A DNA stretch of 62,966 nucleotides, counting the filler, from Corallochytrium limacisporum Hawaii (Eukaryota; Protista; Pluriformea), in NCBI GenBank assembly GCA_002811645.1. It is 5 parts of 5 records of this genome, joined end to end, with 100 filler letters (N's around TTAATTAATTAA, not from the genome) between each part and the next. Parts side by side here need not be neighbours in the genome. Positions count along the whole stretch, not along the records: positions 1 to 24,287 come from PDIP01000102.1; 4 more parts are not named here. One strand, written 5' to 3'. This document shows, piece by piece, positions 10,819 to 22,348 of the stretch (position 1 is its first letter; each line of letters starts with the position of its first letter). The position numbers and the translations under genes were made by a program. The notes under the pieces were generated by a model that was not told where the DNA came from, did not search any database, and saw only the letters and a program-made list of their open reading frames with translations.

Positions 10819-11623
10819 GATGCGAAGTACATGGGAACACTGGTGGCCGCGCCGTGCACCGATTCGTGGCTGTTTTGCAATTTTCCGGACCTTGGCACTG
10901 AGTCGGCAATCATACCAAAACAGTGTCAGCTCCTGACTGCCCAAATTAAGTGCATTCTATTGCCCAGAAAGGCAGATTTTTCATCCTCGAACAGAAGACC
11001 GAAGGAATTGTTCTATTTGCCCTGGACAAATTCAATGCAAGATAATTGGTGGTACATTCAATACCGCAGACCCAGGGTCAACGCTATTCCAATTTCTTCA
11101 AATTTTGGCTGCTTGTGTGGTTCGTAGGCGGAGAGTTTCGCCGCGGTCAGTTGATCTCCAAAAGGGAACGGTCGAGTAATGAAAAATGGGGCGTGCGTGC
11201 GGGGAATTTACAACCGCCTGCATTCGAGGAGGCCTTCGGAAGCGGGCGTCGGTCGTGTTGGAGGCCCGGGGGGGGGGGGTTGGTTGGTTGAACGAGTGAG
11301 AGAACCACCCGGTACGGGTTTCAACATATTACAGTTTGGCGGTCTTAGGTGCAAATCGAGCAATGATGGGCGTGTGTGATGTGTTCCGTGCGCGGTGCAA
11401 ATTAAGGCGCGGCGGTCTGACCATTTTGCTGCCGAGCGGTGTACAAATGCTACCGTTTGCGCAGTTCGGAATGTGGAGGTTACGAATTGGGATGAGGCAC
11501 GGGATACACTCGCAGGGGTGTACAGGTATGAAAATTGTTAGTGATCACCAGCTCAACTGTTTGATGAGTTTCGTTAGTTAATGGAACACAACGACAATAT
11601 GTCATGACATACAATACAACAGA

Positions 11624-12793
11624 ATGGGGAACGAGTACGTAGAACTCGTGGAGACATGCGGGAGCATGTTGATCGTCGCAGCCACTGGCTTCATTGCTGC
11701 GTGGGTGGGACTGATCCCTAAGAAACATATCGGTATAATCAATAGCTATGTATTTCATGTAGCTCTCCCGTGCCTTGTATTTCGGGCTCTTGCTGTACAG
11801 GATCTTTCGAGTCTCAATTGGGAATTTGTGCTAGTGTTTCTGTACGTGCGAATAGCAATGGCTGTGCTTAGCGCCGGGTTCACTTGGATCCTCAAAGGAG
11901 ACATCGGAGACTTCTTGACCCACTACATTGCATCGACTTGGATGAGTACAATCATTTACGGGGTGCCAATCTTGCAAGCCCTATACCCGGATCAAAATCC
12001 GGTCATTTTGCCTTTGTTGGCATCTCTATCATCACTCTTTGCCCAGTTACCCTTCATGCTAGCAATGTACGATATCCACCACTACAGCAAGCTCGAGAAA
12101 GGAGGAGAGTTCCAAGAGCACCATGTCAGAGGTCAGCCTCTACCGACAATAGACCCAATTGCGGAGGCCCATCACAAAACTCACGAAGAGGAAGCTATGG
12201 TCTGTGGCACAGACTCAAAGCCCACATCAGAGTCTTCAGACTCACATCAGCACGAGGAGCGAAGTCCCGTATTTCAACTGCCCGAACAGAAGCCCAGTAT
12301 CTGGATCCGGGCGTGGACAGTGTTAAAGCACACAGCCATGAACATGCCCCTCTGGGGCATCGTGCTTGGTCTGATTTGGAGCGGCATTGGCTGGGACATT
12401 CCTGATGTGCTAGACGATTCCCTAGAGATGCTCGGACAGACAGTAACGCCTGTAGCTCTGTTCAGCGTTGGTACCTTCTGCTATCACAATCCTGTTGTAG
12501 AGCAGCACAAGCCGAAGAGCATTGGTTTGATCTCAGGTTACCTGATTTCAAAGTTCTTCATTGTGCCCCTTCTTGCCTGGGGCTTCCTCGAGGCCCAGAA
12601 CATCACAGGCGAAGATGCTGAGAGCGGCGTTATCATTGCTGCCCTGCCGATCAGTGCGGCAGCCTTCGCCCTGGCGAAGCGCTATGATGTTCGTGAGAAC
12701 GAAATTAGCGCCACAATAGTGCTTGGTATCATTCTCATGACCCCCGCTCTGTTCTGGATTCAGGGTCTTATCGATACAGGAGCAGTGGGCTAG
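11624..12793 (+). CDS. AEC (auxin efflux carrier / PIN-like, Mem_trans) family transporter
   Basis: About 10 TM helices in two halves around a hydrophilic loop. Motifs INSYVFHVALPCLVF, YGVPIL, NMPLWGIVLG, PVALFSVG, KFFIVP, AALP. Confidence 0.9.
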   Translation: MGNEYVELVETCGSMLIVAATGFIAAWVGLIPKKHIGIINSYVFHVALPCLVFRALAVQDLSSLNWEFVLVFLYVRIAMAVLSAGFTWILKGDIGDFLTHYIASTWMSTIIYGVPILQALYPDQNPVILPLLASLSSLFAQLPFMLAMYDIHHYSKLEKGGEFQEHHVRGQPLPTIDPIAEAHHKTHEEEAMVCGTDSKPTSESSDSHQHEERSPVFQLPEQKPSIWIRAWTVLKHTAMNMPLWGIVLGLIWSGIGWDIPDVLDDSLEMLGQTVTPVALFSVGTFCYHNPVVEQHKPKSIGLISGYLISKFFIVPLLAWGFLEAQNITGEDAESGVIIAALPISAAAFALAKRYDVRENEISATIVLGIILMTPALFWIQGLIDTGAVG

Positions 12794-15700
12794 ACTCTGC
12801 TCTACAGAACCAACCAAGCACAGAATCTTGAACATTTCTGATTGATTGGACCCGTTTCTGATAGTTTGAGAACATAATTACATACCATACCTTCTTTGAG
12901 ATTGACACTGTGGTGGTTGGGATGCAGGGGCCGATCCACACCACCCACTCAACCTGGCTTTTGCACACTGCCTCACCATCCTGGGCAACCTCAAATAACG
13001 AACCCCTAAAGTATAATTATTATGGATTATACAGTTTTTTGAGGGAAGGATTTAAAAAATCATCGCTGGGCCGAGCGGCTGGGACCCTCCTGCCCGGATC
13101 GGACTCGGCACCACATCCGCCGGCGCACAGATCAAGACGTGTTGTATGGTGAGAGGATGGGCGTGCCTACGGGATATTCTGCCATACTGAAGGCATCGTG
13201 AAAGGCCGCTGGAACGTTTCTCTCTACTGTGCACGCCTGTTGATGCTGTATTCACAGCTTTGATCCGCCAGCTATCAGACTGCTTCTCACAGCGAAGAAC
13301 TCTCGCTCGCACTCTTTGCTCACTACGTCGATTTTCTGCTGACGGTGCGTGAATTCCGGAAATGGGCAGATTCCCGTATTGAAACTATGACACCCACCCC
13401 GTCACTGCCACTATTTTGTGTATATTTATATTTAGTCGAACGGACCGACCTGCCAGTACCCCCGCTAAACCCCCCCCAACGTCTCCGATACCACAAGGGA
13501 TTTGACTGGGTGCGTCGGAGGCGGGGATTGTCACAGGCGCTGCCGAATTTGGGCCGACGAGGAGAGATCCAATTGGATACTGAATGTAACCCAAAAGTGT
13601 ACTGGTATCATGGGCACGTGGTTGAATATCTCTATAGCGGAATGGTGGTGAAGCTTAAATTCGGAAGCGACGAACACAGCGTTGAGTATTCGAACTCTCA
13701 GGGAGTTTGCATGCGAGAAATGTCAACTACAGCATCCACCACAGCGGGCGATAATAGATGGCGGTACATGTCGGGTACAGTAGCCGCTATGCCGTACATG
13801 AGCAGCTATCGATTGCAGTTTGACGGGTGAGCTCTTTGGGGTTGTACAACAGAAAGATACGGTTCCAGCCGATAGTTACGATTCTTTCTCAACCTCCTCC
13901 TGCCATTTCTGCCATTGGGTTGATTTGAAGGCCGCTGGTGATTGTCCGTTGTTTGTCGAACCCGCATATCCACACTACCATCCTGGCCGCCATGCATAGC
14001 GACTTTCCTACCTGATTGCTGGGCTCCCATCATGAAAGGTTCACGACGCGTCTCCATTTGGCATTCCATCTGGCGGCCTGCCTTACAAAAATACGTCTGA
14101 TGTGTGTGGGACCATCAATCGTACCCGTGTGCCTTCCTAAACGTGCTCCAAACAGATTAGTCCTCTAAACGCAGGTGTCACCATTTACTCCCCCTGGCAT
14201 GACTATACAAGAGATACAGAACCGATAGCAACTGTCCAATGCAATGTTCAATTCAGACTTTTAGTGTCCAGCCAAAACCTCCCTCTTTCCTTCCGGGTCA
14301 AGTCCCCTCCGGCGGGGTTGGGCTGTCCTCCTGCTTTTCCCCCCGCCCGCTGACCATAGACGGCAATGATTGGGGAAGGAGGAGAGAGCGAGAGAGAGAG
14401 AAGGGGGGGGGCCAAGCGCGGTGTGGAGGAAAAGCAATGGGTCAGGTGCTTTTTTCTTTACACCTTTGTTCCCTCGGAGCGGGGGTTTGGGGGAGGTGCG
14501 AAGGGGATTTTTTTTCGAATTCTGCGTGCATTCGCGCTTTTCCCAGTGCTAAACGCCTGTGCGTCGAGCGAACAGCCGAAAAGCCCCAAAGCAAACCAGA
14601 AAAAAAAAGCGATGAACTCGACTGTTCTTGCTCCCAACGGTGCCAGAATGTTCACAATTGAAACAAAGGGGCGTGTAACGCACCAAACGAAGGGGGGTCG
14701 TTGTACGATTCCGAGAGAAGAAGTGGTGTCAGTGTGTTGATGCTCGACTATAATATCCTAGGAGTGATCCGGGCAAGTGCTATCGCTAGTTACACTTTCA
14801 GAATCGGCAGAGAAGACATGCAGTGAAGCGTACATATTCCTCACAACGAAACCGGCGTACCATGCCACACAACAGCAGATGTGCGCATACCAGAGGCACG
14901 TAGGCGCAGTTTCTGTTTTCCTCCTCGATTCCTGTTTGTTTACGCGTGCTTGCCGGCACCCATTCTCTATGGCTGTTTTGTTGTGCGTGCGGGCGAAAAA
15001 TAGTGTCATCCCTGCATCACAAATTTATTCCTTTGGGTATTCTCTTTTCTTCTCTGTTGCAATTCACTTGTTGGTGTCGCGTGCGTGCAGGTGATGGGTA
15101 CTACATAATACTGCTGCCATAAGGGTTTATGATACGAGGGAGTATTGGGGGTATCGTGGACTAAGACTCTACTACAACAATGATAGCTGCGTGTGCACAT
15201 GGTGGTAACAGGAGTGAATCAGAGGAGAGTTGCAGAAGTACGTAGGTCAGAGTGATGTTTGAGGCAATCTTCCCTCCGGGCTGAGTGTGTTCCAGTGTGT
15301 GTGTGTGTGTTGCCCAAGGGGCTGTTCTTCGGTGCTTGCTGGGGGGGGAAAGAACGCACGGAATTTGACCGGTGCGCTTCGCGAGGGAAGCCCCTCAGTG
15401 AGTCGGGTGATACCAATTTGCTGCTGCCGCAATAGATGCAGAGGAAACCACCTAAGTTCTCATCTGTGTGGACGCTCAGGACTCTTTGCCTTGGAGGAGG
15501 TAGCATTGTAATGGGACTCGGTGAAGACTGATGGTAAAATTACGATGGAAGGCTGTACTAAAGTGAGGGAAATGGGACCCGAAGTGCAATCGCTGAAGCA
15601 ATTTCGTCCAATTTTGGTCCGCTTCTGATTTTGTGGGTAAGAACGCATGATCCGCAGAAAACTGTACACATCCGTGTGACTGACGATCACTGCTAGCGAA

Positions 15701-16075
15701 ACACAAGCAGCCTCAGATGTGGATCAACAGACCGGGTGCGTGCGCTGTCTTCTAGTGGAGGATGAGTGCGTTTGGCACCAAAGTTGGGTCACAATGCAGA
15801 GCATCAATCGTAACGAACTTACCTTCGATGTGGTTCCTGGGCCCGATCACCAGCAGGTACTTGAATTCACCAGTTCTGACAACTTTCAATTTACATCTCG
15901 CTGTTCGCCCCCTCTCGCTAAACGGATCCTGCAAGATTCCTGATAGCCAACGCCAACACCAATGTTGAGCAGCAAAATTACTGATCAAGTCGACGGTTCT
16001 TTGCCCCGGTATACCTGGCCCGCTTCTTTCTACGGATACAGTGTTTTCCGCAAGTACTACGAAAGTTCTGCCAGC

Positions 16076-17500
16076 ATGAAGACTGAAACTTCCATTATGA
16101 CTCTGAAGAGTCTCTTCCTGACAGTCCTGGTCCTCCTCTTTGTACAACATGGGTTCACGGTTGTCGAAGCCCAGGCCGATGGAGAAGCCGAACGCTTCGG
16201 TGGTAATCCCTCAGGGTGTGTCGAAAACGTTGACAACGGTGCGGATCTGTTCCCCACCAAGTCCACGGTTACCGACGCTACCCTGTTCACCATTGAATAC
16301 ATGGACACCTACAAGGTGCTAAAAAACCTCGCGACTGGCGAGACCTTGATCCTGTACCAGTGCGGTACCACGGCCCCCACTGATGTGCCCGAGAATGCTA
16401 AGATATTCCCGATCCCCGTAGAAAATGTCACTGTCTCCGAGACAATCGGTTTGACCTTCATCGAGCTAATCGGTGAGCGTCTGTCGATTGCTGCCGGTGG
16501 CATGGGATTCGTGTCAAGCCCGTGCGTCCTGTCTCTCGTCAAGTCTGGTGATATCACAGACCTGGGATTTTTCGATGATAAGGGAGTCACTGAGACCACA
16601 AGCCTCCATCTGGCCTACTCTTCCAACCCAGATGAGTACTCCAATAGCATCGCTTTGTCAGCCACCAATGAGGTGACCGCTTTGGGCCGTTCGGAATGGA
16701 TCAAGTTTATCGCTGCCTTCTACAATCTGGAAAAGCTAGCCAACGAGCACTTTGATGCAGTGGTCGGCCGCTACGACGCCATCGTCGCTGAGGTAGCCAA
16801 AGCTCTGGACGACGGTACCATTACCAAGAAGACCGGAGCCTTTACCACCTACGTGGACCCCGCCTTCAATGGCGGTAAGCCCCCGTACGAGATTGACGAT
16901 GGTCAATACAAGCAGGACCTACTCAATGCAGCGGGCGTGAATGCCTTGCCTCCCAATGCCTTCGAAACCACCGAGGAGTGGAAGCAGGCGGTAAACAGCG
17001 CTGATGCCATCATCGACGAGACATACCTAGGCGGCCCTGGAGCAACCTTTGAGGAATGGGCCCGTGCCTGGGAATTTGATGAGTCGAACCTGGATGATGA
17101 ACGTAACCCCGTATTTGTTCGCAATCGTCAGGTCTATCAGTTAGACGGTACCGTCGGACCCACTGGCGGATTCGCCTGGTTCGAGTTCGCGATCCCCGAA
17201 GCTGATGTCGTGCTAGAGGATCTTGTCAAAGTATTCTATCCAGGGCTTCGCAATCACGTCAATCAATTCATGCGCAACATTGAGACAACCGCGGTGATGG
17301 TTGTCACGGATGAGGACTGTGAAGACCCCTCTGCCCCCCTCGATCCCCTGGCCGGCCGTCCCGAGCTTGAAGACCCCGACTTCGAAGCCCCCGACACTGA
17401 TGAGGATGTTAGCGATGGCGACGATAACGGCAGCGCCGCTGACATGACTGCCAACTTTGTCTCTGTCGTGTCCATGGCACTTGTGGCCGCCCTGGCCTGA
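16076..17500 (+). CDS. CBA1-like periplasmic-binding-fold protein (cobalamin / metal-chelate binding), secreted and probably GPI-anchored
   Basis: Signal peptide MTLKSLFLTVLVLLFVQHG, DLFPTK..FTIEY..YKVLKN..LYQCGT, RSEWIKFIAAFYNLE, WFE.AIPEADVVLEDL, acidic spacer and hydrophobic C-terminal tail. In-frame ATGs at 15962, 16076 and 16097. Confidence 0.75.
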   Translation: MKTETSIMTLKSLFLTVLVLLFVQHGFTVVEAQADGEAERFGGNPSGCVENVDNGADLFPTKSTVTDATLFTIEYMDTYKVLKNLATGETLILYQCGTTAPTDVPENAKIFPIPVENVTVSETIGLTFIELIGERLSIAAGGMGFVSSPCVLSLVKSGDITDLGFFDDKGVTETTSLHLAYSSNPDEYSNSIALSATNEVTALGRSEWIKFIAAFYNLEKLANEHFDAVVGRYDAIVAEVAKALDDGTITKKTGAFTTYVDPAFNGGKPPYEIDDGQYKQDLLNAAGVNALPPNAFETTEEWKQAVNSADAIIDETYLGGPGATFEEWARAWEFDESNLDDERNPVFVRNRQVYQLDGTVGPTGGFAWFEFAIPEADVVLEDLVKVFYPGLRNHVNQFMRNIETTAVMVVTDEDCEDPSAPLDPLAGRPELEDPDFEAPDTDEDVSDGDDNGSAADMTANFVSVVSMALVAALA

Positions 17501-19716
17501 TCTGCCCACACTTCGCAACAACGCCTCAGGGTTTTTTTTCAGGGTCCTTTGGTGGTTCTTGGGACCTGGAACTTATAGTCAAAAAGGGTACGAGAATGAC
17601 AAATTGTAGCTCTTTCTCAAGCATGGCCACTCATGCTCAATACTTGTAGACAATATATTGGTACTACGCCGCCAAGCAGGACCCCTGCTTTTTCCTCTCC
17701 CTGAAAGGAATCCCGGGCCTCCGCCGGTATAGTGAATGACCTGTACTGTGTGCACAACTGCAAGCTGCAAACGCTACTGCGTCCGCATCTCGTCCCTGCT
17801 GTCTCCCACATGAGCTGGCCACTACCAAACCTCCCGTTTTTTTTTTGCACTGTTATGTCTCGTCACATGTAGTACATTTGGTATGCGCAGCGAATAGAGT
17901 GTGACCCATGATTTCTTTCCGATCCCCCTTTTCGATCATCGCAGATATATAGAAAATTATACAATTATATTAAGTATATCTTCACTATACCTCCCACCTG
18001 TTCCCACTGCCCCCGAAACCCCATCATTTTCCGGTTAGAGACGTTTTCTCGGCACACACACGCACGCACACTCCCCGCGCCCCGCCGCCGTCCCTTCTCC
18101 TTCGGCCGGTCTGGAGAGGGAGCGAGGAAAAAGAAAGGGAGGACGGGCCCGGTGGGGTAGGCATGGGTTTTGCCCCGCTAGGGACCGTCCGTGTTGTGTG
18201 TGCGTGTGTGTGTGGTGTGTTTGACACGACCAACGGACCTCCCGCCCCCTCTCCCTCCTGCTCCCTCGCGGCTCTCCTCCCCCTTTTCCCCCTTCCCTCG
18301 CTTCCCTTTTCTTCGGTCACCCTCACAAAAGGGATCCATCCCCACCGCCGCGTTTTTTTCCGGGTTGGTGACCGTGAGACCCCCCCTCCGGGCCCCCCCC
18401 CCCCCCCGGCGGGGAGGGGGGTTCACCCGACTGCCCCCTTTGGGCCCCCCTTTGCTGGGCGCCAGACTTGCACACAAAAAGACATAATAAAAAAAACAAG
18501 AGAGGGAGGAGGAGAGAGAGAGAGAGAGGGGGTCGTGGAGGGAGGGGGCCGAAAGAAGTAGTACTCAAAATACCGAAGGGAAATCTACCTACCAAGGGCA
18601 TGACCACCACGTCAGAGGGTCCTTTGCTTTTTGCTTGTGGTGCCCACGCTTCAGGACATAGACACACACACTCACACTGGACCCAGCGGGTCAGCCAATG
18701 AAAGTCAAAGGAATTTTCTGCCTTGGAGAAAAGATTCTGAAACAAAACGAAGAGAGAGGGCGTGTGTGTGTATACCGTCTCTCTCCCCCCCTCCCCTCCC
18801 GTTCCTTTCTAATTGACTTTGGACTCCCCCGCTCTCCCTTGCTCTCCCCGTTTTTTCCTCTTCTTGCCCCGCGGGGGAGGGGAACAGGAGACCCAACGGA
18901 GAAAGAGAAAGGCGGTGGTGGCAAAAGGCCCAGGGCGCACATGCGGTGCAACACCACACACACACACACGGGGGGCGAGAAACGGGACCTGAGCCCGGTG
19001 ACGGCGGTGAGAGACGGAGTGGGGTGGGGAGAGTGGTGGTGGTGGTGGTTTTGTACTGCGTGCTGGGCTCTGCCTGCTTTTCTGTGGCTGGGGGTGGAGC
19101 GGTTGTTCTTTTGTCGTCTGCACCAAAGGACTTTCTTAGCACCACACACACACACACACACACAGAGCAGTCAGCCACTTCCAAGTTAGAGGTTTGGGCC
19201 CTTGCCGCGGGTTCGGATGCAAAATACTGCTGCAACAGTGGACGGAATGGTCGTCGAACCCTTGTTTTGACCTCAAAATGGTGCAAATCCGCTGCCGCCG
19301 TCCTTGGGCGCTCGTTGTGATGTCTGCAATGCCCCTGGGGCAATCGAATGTCGTGATCCTTTTCTTTATTTCATTACGGACAGACAGTCCAGTGGCCTAC
19401 ACAACTAAATGCACAAATGTAGCATTGGCATTCAGTGCGGTGTGGTCAGGTCAATCTTGAAACTTAGCGATCTGGTACTTGCGAAAGGCAGTTATGCGTA
19501 GGAATATAGTGAGTTGGTCTCGACAGTTAAGCTGTGGAACGAGACATTAGACAGCGGGATAGCTCACACACTCTTCAGTCCTAGATATCAATACATAACC
19601 CATAGGCCATGTCAGACAGTATGTAGAAGCGTGAGACAAGTATGTGGGTCACATGATAGTTAGACGACCAGGCTTAAAGCCCTTGTATGTTTAATTATTG
19701 GTCATAGAATTGCACC

Positions 19717-22194
19717 ATGTTCGATCGCATCCGCAGTGCACTGCTTGGGAAAGGCAGCCCGAAGAGGCAATTACAAGAGCCAGAACAAGTCAGATCACCA
19801 CGGACCACAGTGTATAGCAGGAGAAACAAGAGTTACACGGGACAGATTGACACGTCGAGTGGGGTCCTAGTAGAGTCACGAAGTCCTGCTCGCAGCCCTG
19901 CTAATGCGCCATCTTCGCCAGCAAGGCAGTACTCAACCATTAAAGAAGAACGATCACCAGGACATAGCATAGGTTCTGCCCACAGCAGTGGAGTGAAGCC
20001 GTTGAACCTATCAGCGGCCTCAGGATCCAGAAGCGACGGGAGTGGTCCTCGATATCCGAGGAGCGGCTTGAGACAGTCACCTGTCGGGGTTGCAAAAAGC
20101 TATCCAGGGGTGGCACGCCAGTTGGAATGGAAGGACGGCCAAGAATTTGAACCTGAGATGAAATCTGCAGACCGGGATGCTTTTGAGCGCACCGTAAGCG
20201 AGGCTCCATCTTTCGGCACAGACTCGGACCTCAGAGAAGACCGCGGAAGGGACAGCATTCCTTCTGGATGGCGCAGCGTAATTTTTGCCAACATTATTTT
20301 GACCAATATCTTTGTCAACTACGATGCTGGAGCCATTGCAGCTAGCCTTACAGAGCTGCAGGAGTACTATAGTCTCGGTCTCGCTGCAGCCGGCCTTTTG
20401 GGATCACTAGTGTACTTGGGCTTAGTGCTGGCGTCAGTGTTTGCGGGGTTGACTCTGCAACGCTTCAATCCGAAGCGGGTTATTGCAATCTCCATGGTCC
20501 TCAATTTGCTATCAAATCTACTCTTCGCGGCAGCACCTGATATTTGGACACTGGAGTTGAGTCGGCTCTTTGTGGGAGCCAGTCAGGCACCTGTAGTGAT
20601 CTACACACCGGTATGGGTGGACGAATTTGCTCCTGCTGATCGGTGCACATTGTGGATGTCACTGCTGCAGGCTGGTGTGCCATTGGGTGTCATGCTGGGT
20701 TATGTTGTGGCTGGTCTGGTATCCGCTTACAGTGACGCAAGTGTGCGTTTGCCTTTCTTCTTGCAGGTCGGCTTCTTGTGCGTCCCTGTAGCGATTATCT
20801 TCATCACCCCGGCAAAGTACCTGGACATTAGAGCGGAAATCCCCGGTGACGGTAAAGAAACGGATCCTGAGCGCCAGCCACTGTTAGCACCGGTCTCACC
20901 ACGGTCCCCTGGACGTCAACGTCCCAGCATCACTGTCACCGATACGAGGAGCAAGCGCAACTCGATTGGAGCGCCACAGGAGGTTTCAGGATCTCGACGG
21001 GTTATCCGTGGAGCTCGGTCTAGCTCGAGGGTCAGTGAACCGAACGGGGACATATCTTCGAACCCGGTAATCGGTGATGGCCGCAGGTCTGTTTCGCACG
21101 ACCCCCACGCTGAGATCGCTGGGAGACGCCCTTCCTTTGGTGGCATGCAGTCTGTAGACAACGCAGATTTGGCCAGTCGCTCCGTGGATGGGCCTCGTAT
21201 CGATGTCCTGCCGGATCCGAACCCGACACACATTTGGGCTCAGATGCAGCTCCTTGCGTCTCGGCGAGTGTACTTGTTCATGACCAGTGCACTGTGCTCT
21301 CTGTACTTTGTGGTTACTGGGATCCAACTGTGGATTACCGAGTATCTGGAGAAGTTTATTGGGGTGGAAAAGTCCTTAGTGGTCTACGCGTTTGCCTTTA
21401 CCAGCGCCACGGCGCCAATCATTGGGGTGATCTTTGGTGGCTGGTTCGTGGACTACCTTGGCGGCTACCAGAAGGGATTGATTGTACCTTGCAAGGTGAG
21501 TATGATATTTGGGTTGGCCGCTGTGATTTGTGGCGTGCCTAGTGTTTTCATGAAGGATTTTTGGATCATTATGGTACAAGTCTGGCTGCTGCTGTTCTTT
21601 GGCGGTGCCATCATTCCTCCAGCTACTGGTTGTCTGCTGGCGTGTGTGCCGCGCTCAATGCGCAGTTTCGCCTCCTCGGCATCAATGCTCATGTACAATT
21701 GCTTGGGCTTCTTTGCCGGTCCGTTCCTGTCGGGCATTGCCGCGCAACTGGGTGGTGGCGTGCAGTGGGGCTACCGTTTAATCATGTTCTGGAGCTTTTT
21801 CGGACTCGTAGGTGCCGCAGGAGCCTACTTTAGTGCGAAACGGGAAGAGCGCCGCCAGAAAGCGGCAGCCACTGACCCGGATCGCCCCCAGCATCGCCTC
21901 AGACCGTACATTCTGGACCACGACCAGAGCGCTGCTGGCCAGGTCGAGGTGAATTCCGAAGACCTGGATTACGAATTGGCTCGCAGCGGCGCCAACAAGA
22001 CTGTGCCCGTGTTGCCACGGAAGTACAGCCGACGAATCACAGAGGGTGCCTATGTGGCGTCATCGTCACTGCCGCGCCCCGATTCGCTGACCTCGAGCCA
22101 TTCGTCTACGGAGAACATGCTCGTAAAGAGTAGTCCTCGTCGCAATAAGGATGCCAAGGGGAAGGGTACATCTGCCCGAGGCTCTTTAGAATGA
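19717..22194 (+). CDS. Major facilitator superfamily transporter, Spinster-like
   Basis: About 12 TM helices, NYDAGAI, SRLFVGASQ, PVWVDEFAP, GGWFVDYLGG. Long S/P/R-rich N-terminus and central loop. Confidence 0.9.
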   Translation: MFDRIRSALLGKGSPKRQLQEPEQVRSPRTTVYSRRNKSYTGQIDTSSGVLVESRSPARSPANAPSSPARQYSTIKEERSPGHSIGSAHSSGVKPLNLSAASGSRSDGSGPRYPRSGLRQSPVGVAKSYPGVARQLEWKDGQEFEPEMKSADRDAFERTVSEAPSFGTDSDLREDRGRDSIPSGWRSVIFANIILTNIFVNYDAGAIAASLTELQEYYSLGLAAAGLLGSLVYLGLVLASVFAGLTLQRFNPKRVIAISMVLNLLSNLLFAAAPDIWTLELSRLFVGASQAPVVIYTPVWVDEFAPADRCTLWMSLLQAGVPLGVMLGYVVAGLVSAYSDASVRLPFFLQVGFLCVPVAIIFITPAKYLDIRAEIPGDGKETDPERQPLLAPVSPRSPGRQRPSITVTDTRSKRNSIGAPQEVSGSRRVIRGARSSSRVSEPNGDISSNPVIGDGRRSVSHDPHAEIAGRRPSFGGMQSVDNADLASRSVDGPRIDVLPDPNPTHIWAQMQLLASRRVYLFMTSALCSLYFVVTGIQLWITEYLEKFIGVEKSLVVYAFAFTSATAPIIGVIFGGWFVDYLGGYQKGLIVPCKVSMIFGLAAVICGVPSVFMKDFWIIMVQVWLLLFFGGAIIPPATGCLLACVPRSMRSFASSASMLMYNCLGFFAGPFLSGIAAQLGGGVQWGYRLIMFWSFFGLVGAAGAYFSAKREERRQKAAATDPDRPQHRLRPYILDHDQSAAGQVEVNSEDLDYELARSGANKTVPVLPRKYSRRITEGAYVASSSLPRPDSLTSSHSSTENMLVKSSPRRNKDAKGKGTSARGSLE

Positions 22195-22348
22195 ACACTG
22201 TCCGTGAACAATAGGTATTTAGTTTATCATCCTTCATGTTGATCTCCTACATTGTAACTTTATATGCTATGCTATAATTACACGTGGTCTTTTATCTCGC
22301 AATTGCAAGGACACCTGTGCTATTTTCGAACGACATGGCCTAAATTGG

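Noticed and set aside
13345-13830. 161-aa ORF and the many ORFs in 18000-19400, 32400-33200 and 61500-62900
   Set aside because: Mostly non-ATG starts and low-complexity translations of homopolymer or microsatellite-rich upstream DNA.
15300-15700. Possible cobalamin riboswitch upstream of the CBA1-like gene (GGGAA motifs near 15386 and 15568)
   Set aside because: No ordered GGGAA..GGTG..AATCC..CCCCGC.ACTGT..GCCACTG..GGGAAG core; only scattered short matches. An Infernal scan would settle it.
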